This document shows positions 58,793-64,000 of a DNA stretch of 64,000 nt, in pieces (position 1 is the stretch's first letter; each line of letters starts with the position of its first letter). Location of the stretch: the IMG/VR virus record IMGVR_UViG_3300005326_000004, one strand, 5' to 3'. The DNA is from an uncultured virus (IMG/VR IMGVR_UViG_3300005326_000004). Its lineage: Duplodnaviria; Heunggongvirae; Uroviricota; Caudoviricetes. The translations under genes were made by a program, and so were the position numbers. A model generated the notes under the pieces. The model was not told where the DNA came from. It did not search any database and worked only from the letters and a program-made list of their open reading frames with translations.

Positions 58793-60252
58793 AAGCTTTC
58801 ACCCCACTTTGTGGATGAGCCCCACTTTTTGGAACCCCATTTGATACGTGTATCCAAGTTCAATAATATTTGGGTAACCTCTTCAATCGTTACTTCGCCA
58901 TTCAACAGGTTCAAATTGTCAACCATTTCATCTTCACGGTACACCAAAGACTTCTTGTTGTTCTTTAACATATTCAACAGTAAATCTTTTAATTCGTACA
59001 ACGTGGAAGCGAACGTGACTTGATACTGTATTACATCGGGAGCAAGTAGCCGTATCAATACCCGTTGAATTTGATAATTCCCAACATAACTTTCATATCC
59101 ACTACACGCCACGGTTATGTATTGCCCTGATTTGAAGCCATGCTCATACGTAGTGAATGAACCAGTTACAAGGGCATCCCCAAATGTGTTTACTTCCACA
59201 CGTGCTCTATCATGAGCCATTTCTTTGCTCATTATGGAATCATCCACAATGATATGCTCATAAACACCCGTACCACCTTCAACAGCTGCAATGGCAATTT
59301 GTGAAGCGTAGTTATCCGCACATACAAGGATTGGAATTTCATATTGATAATCTATATCTATCAAATCACCTTCGGCGGGAGTAGGGAAATCATTAGCACA
59401 ACGGAAATACTTTTCTTCGTAGTTCCAAAAGAAATCAAACGTTCCATCATCTGCATTGATATAATCCACGGCAGAAGTATAACTATCCTGTCCACCATAA
59501 TAATGAGTCAGTAATATGGAGGATACCGCATGGGGTTTATGAGCCAGCGGCCAAATACGTGTTCTTCCATCGGGAGCAAAGAATTCCCTGAATGTATCGG
59601 AGAGGTAATAACCCCCACGTACGTACACGCGATTACGTACTTGTGTAAAGTCGGGAGTCAATTGGAAATTATCAACTTTCGTGGCTAACACGGTATCATT
59701 GATTGTAAATGGGGCTGGTCTGGTTTCATATGCAAAGAAATGTATATCTTTGTTGTAATCAACATACCAGTCATATTTGGTCATTGTACAAAGTTGGGTA
59801 ATTGCTTCCGAAGGACGAATGTAATTGAACGATACTTCTTTTATCGTTGGACCGGTAGCTACATTGTTTGTAGTGTACCCAATGGATAAATCCGTATAAT
59901 TGGCAACAATGTCTTGTATGATTTCACCACATGTAATATCTTCGTATACGCATTTAACCAAGTACCTATCCAACATACGTTGGTAATCTGTGCAAACAAT
60001 ATCATATGAGTATAACCGATTTGCCGGGACACTACTGGGAGCTAACCGTCTTTTGTTCACGGATAAAATAGAACCACCAAACAAAATGTTGGTAATGGTA
60101 TCCCGGTAAATCAAAACAGACATACCTGGTATAGGAACAACACTGGGATCTTCCATAGAAAACGAAGCCATATCAGGGGCATGGGTAAGCTCGTTTTCGA
60201 TCACCAAATTTTTTGAGTTTACGATTGTGTTATTTACCAATACGTATATCAC
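58789..60252 (-). CDS. Tail hub/distal tail protein
   Basis: Follows the tape measure; WYVD...IHF and RNRVYVRG motifs. Confidence 0.65.
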   Translation of the reverse strand: MIYVLVNNTIVNSKNLVIENELTHAPDMASFSMEDPSVVPIPGMSVLIYRDTITNILFGGSILSVNKRRLAPSSVPANRLYSYDIVCTDYQRMLDRYLVKCVYEDITCGEIIQDIVANYTDLSIGYTTNNVATGPTIKEVSFNYIRPSEAITQLCTMTKYDWYVDYNKDIHFFAYETRPAPFTINDTVLATKVDNFQLTPDFTQVRNRVYVRGGYYLSDTFREFFAPDGRTRIWPLAHKPHAVSSILLTHYYGGQDSYTSAVDYINADDGTFDFFWNYEEKYFRCANDFPTPAEGDLIDIDYQYEIPILVCADNYASQIAIAAVEGGTGVYEHIIVDDSIMSKEMAHDRARVEVNTFGDALVTGSFTTYEHGFKSGQYITVACSGYESYVGNYQIQRVLIRLLAPDVIQYQVTFASTLYELKDLLLNMLKNNKKSLVYREDEMVDNLNLLNGEVTIEEVTQILLNLDTRIKWGSKKWGSSTKWGESL

Positions 60253-60263
60253 ACTGAATCCCC

Positions 60264-63200
60264 TTAAAATGAAAGTGATTCACGTAAACGAATTTTACGG
60301 AGGATTTCATCACCGGCTATTCTACCAAGTTCACGAACATCCAATGCACTGTTGATATTATTACCGGATATGATTACGGTGAATCCAGCCCCTATGTTGT
60401 CTTTGTGCCTGGGGTCATTACGGGTTAAAACTTCTTCACCAGCCAATGCAACGATTTGTTTTTCCTGCCCGATCATACCGGGGATGATACCGCCTTGATG
60501 GAAGGTGCTACCGAATTTGTAATCAGAGCCCCAATACTCAACTTTTTGTTGTTTTATTCGTTCAAAAGCTTCAGAACGGCTTTCCCCAGTTTTGGCTCTC
60601 TCTGCATCAATTTCAGCCAGTATATTTTGTGGAAGAACGGAATTTGAAGTAAGCCCATTCCACATACCAACATTACCCAAAGCAGTACTGTAGCCAGAAG
60701 GTTTTGTACCGGAATTTATTTGTTTAGCCCAAGAACCCACTTTTGTAGTGTTCGCTAATAAAGAAGCTTTTTCTTGATCGGTTAAAAAATAAGCCCAAAC
60801 TTCGGTAAGATGTTGGAAGGTTCGCATATTTAATTCATTTTGAGAAGCTCCCGCAGTAAACGCTTTTAGAGCAGTTCCCCCATTTTCTTGTATGAAAAGA
60901 CTACCATGTTTTTTACGGGTTTCTTCGGACGTTCCCGTAACACCCTCAAACAAATCCATAAGGGCTTTACCACCAAAATACACGGCAGCTCCTACCGCAC
61001 CCGCACCCGCAATTGTTCCAGCAGCTCCTAACGCTCCTCCAATGATTCCACCCGCACCACCACTACCACTGAACAATCCACTTATTGCAGACCCCAATTG
61101 TGATAGCAAACCACCTTCACCCGACATACCGGAAAACAGTGCAGCCCCCATTTGTTTACCGTAGTTTACAAGTTGACTCGTAATCCAATTGGAAAGAGCG
61201 GAGGACAATTTGCTGATCAGGTTTTCTTTGATCGAATCGAAGGCATTGGCAAAACCGGCCTTCATGTTTTCTATACCCTGATGAAACTTCCCGTGCAATA
61301 CATCATTAACAAAACCATCCCCAACCTTTTGGAATGATTCATTTGCAATCACTCGCAATTCGTTGAAGTAGGTGTCAATGCGGACTTGCATACGAGCCCA
61401 CGGACCCTTCTCGCTAATGATGTTATTGGCGTATGCCTCCCAATCCAGCCCCATCTCTTTCAGTCGTTCGTATGTGTTACGCTGCATCTCATTCATATGT
61501 CCAACGTACACATCTTTAATAGCGAACAAAGTTCCTTTTTGTGTAGCGGGATTTCCACTCTTGGAAGCCCCCAATGCCCGAGCGTACCCTTCCCAATCCA
61601 AACCCATTTGATTTAATTTCAAAACGGTTTCTTGTTCGGACTTGGTAAGTGTATCCTTGTACTTATTGAGAATGGCTTCTATTTGTGGGGTAACGATACC
61701 TTCAACATATGTCTTCCAATCAAGACCCATTGCGAACAATGTTCTGGCTTGAGCCATCTGTTCTTCGGACAAATACCGTTTGTATTGGTCCAAATATTGA
61801 GCGTTCTCTTTGTTACAGAGTTCAATGTATTCCTTATAATTTTTACCGGCTTTTTGGAGTTTTTCAATTTCCTTTAACTGTTGCTCGGTAAGGAATTCCC
61901 CGTACATTTTACGAAGTTCCGCAATGTGCTGCTCTTCGGTAGTTTTTTGTTTTGCAACAGATTCCTTTTTTACCTTCTCTGTAGCAGCAGCATTATCTTT
62001 CGTGTCTTGAAGTTGAATATCTAAACTATCAACATGGTTCTTTACTATTTTTTTATTTTCTAAATCATTTTTTATAGCATTCATTTCCATATGCAAAGCA
62101 AACTCATTTTTGAATGCTTCCCATTTATTGGAAACGGCGCTGGCTGCATTTTCCCCAGTTTCTTTGATCTTCCCGAATATATCACTCAACTCAGGAAGTT
62201 CCACTCCCAACTTATCCAACATCCACCGGAATGCATTGTACATTTTACTGATCACTGCAGTGGCTTTATCCCATACCCACGTAAATACCTTGTCAACTAC
62301 TTGCCAAATCGTATTAAATCCCTGTATAAAGAAATCTATTACAGGCATAAGAGCTTTACCTATACCAGTAAGTACTTCTCTTACTTTGTGATCAATCCAA
62401 TTCCAAGTATCTTTTACTGCTCCCCACACAGTATTGAAAGCAGTAACAAGGGCGTTTGTTACAGGAACAGCAACTTGGTTGTAAAAAGTAAGCATAGCAG
62501 CGGAAACCACATCCCAATGTTTTGCGATTTCATACAAAGCAATAGCAACAGCGGCAAGGGCTAATCCGAATGGACCAGTCCCGGCTAAAAGTGAGCTCAT
62601 CTTTGTGAACAAACCAATCAGAGCAGGAAGTCCGGTTGAGGCCACAAGCAAACCACCAACAGCAGTGAGAATCAATCCCAATGCGGTAGCCACCCCACCT
62701 AATATTTGTGCAAACCGTTCATGTTCCCGAAGGAAGTCAACTACTTTGGCCGCTAAATCGGTAATCGCTTCAATCACGGGGGTAATCGCTGGGAGCAGGG
62801 TATACCCGAATTGACGGGCTACACCCGCAATAGCCATCTTCATGGTATCAAACGAATCATTGAATTCACCCGCTTGCTTTGCCGTAAGTGAATCAATGGT
62901 CATACCGTACTTTTCCGCATCCTTCATCAATTTACGGATACCCTCACCACCTAATTCAAACACGGGTAAAAGGTCCGTTCCTGAACGTCCAAAGATCTTT
63001 TGAGCCAAAGCTGCTTTCATGGTTTCGTCTTCCATGTCAGCAGTTTTATCCGCAAAGTCGATCATAACATCAACAGCATCACGAAGTGAACCATCAGAAT
63101 TCTTTATGGAAATACCAAGTTGATTAAAAGCTTCTTGTGCTTGTTTGGAACCATTTGCGGCTTCATACAAGTTCCGTTGAGCGCGTTTTATTGAGGTTTC

Positions 63201-63524
63201 CAGGGTATCCATTGAACCACCGGACGTCTCGACAGCCAAAGCCAATGCGGAAAGCTTTTCCGTTGAGACCCCCGTCCGGGAGCTCATTTCATCCATTTCA
63301 TCACCAAAGTTGGCTGCAGATGTTACGGCAAGAGCCAAAGAACCGGTAATAGCCGCACCAATACCGGCAATGACAGTACCTGCCTTCCGAAGCTGTTCTT
63401 TATGATCTTCGATTTTATCCGAAACACTTTTAATTCCAGCAGAAGTCTTTTCCATCTCCTGCTGGAATCCTTCCATCATGGCCTTGATTCGGACTGCTAA
63501 TGTCGCTGCAAGAATATCACTCAT
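60264..63524 (-). CDS. Tail tape measure protein
   Basis: 1086 aa, helical, periodic W/F repeats, IFGRSG..LLP motif and C-terminal FHQGG...GEEVL. Confidence 0.92.
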   Translation of the reverse strand: MSDILAATLAVRIKAMMEGFQQEMEKTSAGIKSVSDKIEDHKEQLRKAGTVIAGIGAAITGSLALAVTSAANFGDEMDEMSSRTGVSTEKLSALALAVETSGGSMDTLETSIKRAQRNLYEAANGSKQAQEAFNQLGISIKNSDGSLRDAVDVMIDFADKTADMEDETMKAALAQKIFGRSGTDLLPVFELGGEGIRKLMKDAEKYGMTIDSLTAKQAGEFNDSFDTMKMAIAGVARQFGYTLLPAITPVIEAITDLAAKVVDFLREHERFAQILGGVATALGLILTAVGGLLVASTGLPALIGLFTKMSSLLAGTGPFGLALAAVAIALYEIAKHWDVVSAAMLTFYNQVAVPVTNALVTAFNTVWGAVKDTWNWIDHKVREVLTGIGKALMPVIDFFIQGFNTIWQVVDKVFTWVWDKATAVISKMYNAFRWMLDKLGVELPELSDIFGKIKETGENAASAVSNKWEAFKNEFALHMEMNAIKNDLENKKIVKNHVDSLDIQLQDTKDNAAATEKVKKESVAKQKTTEEQHIAELRKMYGEFLTEQQLKEIEKLQKAGKNYKEYIELCNKENAQYLDQYKRYLSEEQMAQARTLFAMGLDWKTYVEGIVTPQIEAILNKYKDTLTKSEQETVLKLNQMGLDWEGYARALGASKSGNPATQKGTLFAIKDVYVGHMNEMQRNTYERLKEMGLDWEAYANNIISEKGPWARMQVRIDTYFNELRVIANESFQKVGDGFVNDVLHGKFHQGIENMKAGFANAFDSIKENLISKLSSALSNWITSQLVNYGKQMGAALFSGMSGEGGLLSQLGSAISGLFSGSGGAGGIIGGALGAAGTIAGAGAVGAAVYFGGKALMDLFEGVTGTSEETRKKHGSLFIQENGGTALKAFTAGASQNELNMRTFQHLTEVWAYFLTDQEKASLLANTTKVGSWAKQINSGTKPSGYSTALGNVGMWNGLTSNSVLPQNILAEIDAERAKTGESRSEAFERIKQQKVEYWGSDYKFGSTFHQGGIIPGMIGQEKQIVALAGEEVLTRNDPRHKDNIGAGFTVIISGNNINSALDVRELGRIAGDEILRKIRLRESLSF

Positions 63525-63790
63525 CTAAACTTTCCTGTTTTGCGTAACTTGCTTGAACCCGTTCTTGTAACGCTTTAACGGAAGCGAAACCTTCATCCTG
63601 CCGTTGTTTGACGAATGTATTGCTCTTGAGCTCACCGCGTTCCATTTGGGAAGCCCGAGTCATTATTGCTGCATCGAAATCCAAAGCCATTATTTCTGTT
63701 GGATCTATACCCATCAATGCCGAAGGTCGGGTATGATACCGTTGAGCGATTGTATCCAAAATAAAGACGTATCCGTCATTATTTACGAAA
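63517..63790 (-). CDS. Tail assembly chaperone C-terminal extension (gpT-like), probably reached by frameshift
   Basis: IAQRYHTRPS....D...A..FD; lies between the chaperone and the tape measure. Confidence 0.6.
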
Positions 63791-64000
63791 GGGCTCAGCC
63801 ACCAAACTCTGTGCAGCCATGACCGCACCAAATACGGCAATAAGATCTTCATCCGGAATATCATTTACATGGATTTCATCTTCTGAACAGTTAGGGTCTT
63901 CGGAAACTTTTGGTGAGATAACGGTAACGGCTGCAATCTTCCGAACCACCCGCATAAACAACGTAAAATCCTCTTGGTTGATTCCATCCCAGCCATTGGG
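63779..64000 (-). CDS. Tail assembly chaperone (gpG-like), 5'-truncated by the window
   Basis: I.VNDIPDEDL..VF; the frame stays open to the window edge. Confidence 0.6.
   Translation of the reverse strand, partial: PNGWDGINQEDFTLFMRVVRKIAAVTVISPKVSEDPNCSEDEIHVNDIPDEDLIAVFGAVMAAQSLVAEPFRK

Noticed and set aside
1..64000. Alternative genetic code or stop-codon reassignment
   Set aside because: Core genes are full length and tightly packed under the standard code.

Overview
The window looks like most of the genome of a tailed dsDNA phage, probably a siphovirus and circularly permuted in this view. There are three transcription blocks. (1) Minus strand 39767->1: replication and nucleotide genes (DnaB-like helicase, beta clamp, UDG-PolA fusion, DnaX-like loader, SSB, RecA, resolvase, Nudix, ThyX, kinase), then terminase, portal, a MuF-kinase fusion, protease, HK97-type capsid, a 2812-aa signal-peptide beta-helix protein and neck genes. 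(2) Plus strand 40385->56027: a 7-deazaguanine DNA-modification cluster (queD-queE-folE-queC-queF-dpdA-ParB-like-HPRT), an SNF2 helicase, small early genes, primase and a sigma-like protein. (3) Minus strand 64000->56014: tail chaperone, tape measure, tail tip genes and lysis genes. The strongest non-coding signals are two complete type I hammerhead ribozymes that sit on the stop codons of related early ORFs and bracket a 608-nt segment. Others are a nested palindrome at the divergence point, three ECF-sigma-like promoters, two structured intergenic RNAs and a candidate +1 frameshift in the tail chaperone. All calls come from reading motifs by eye; no database searches were run.
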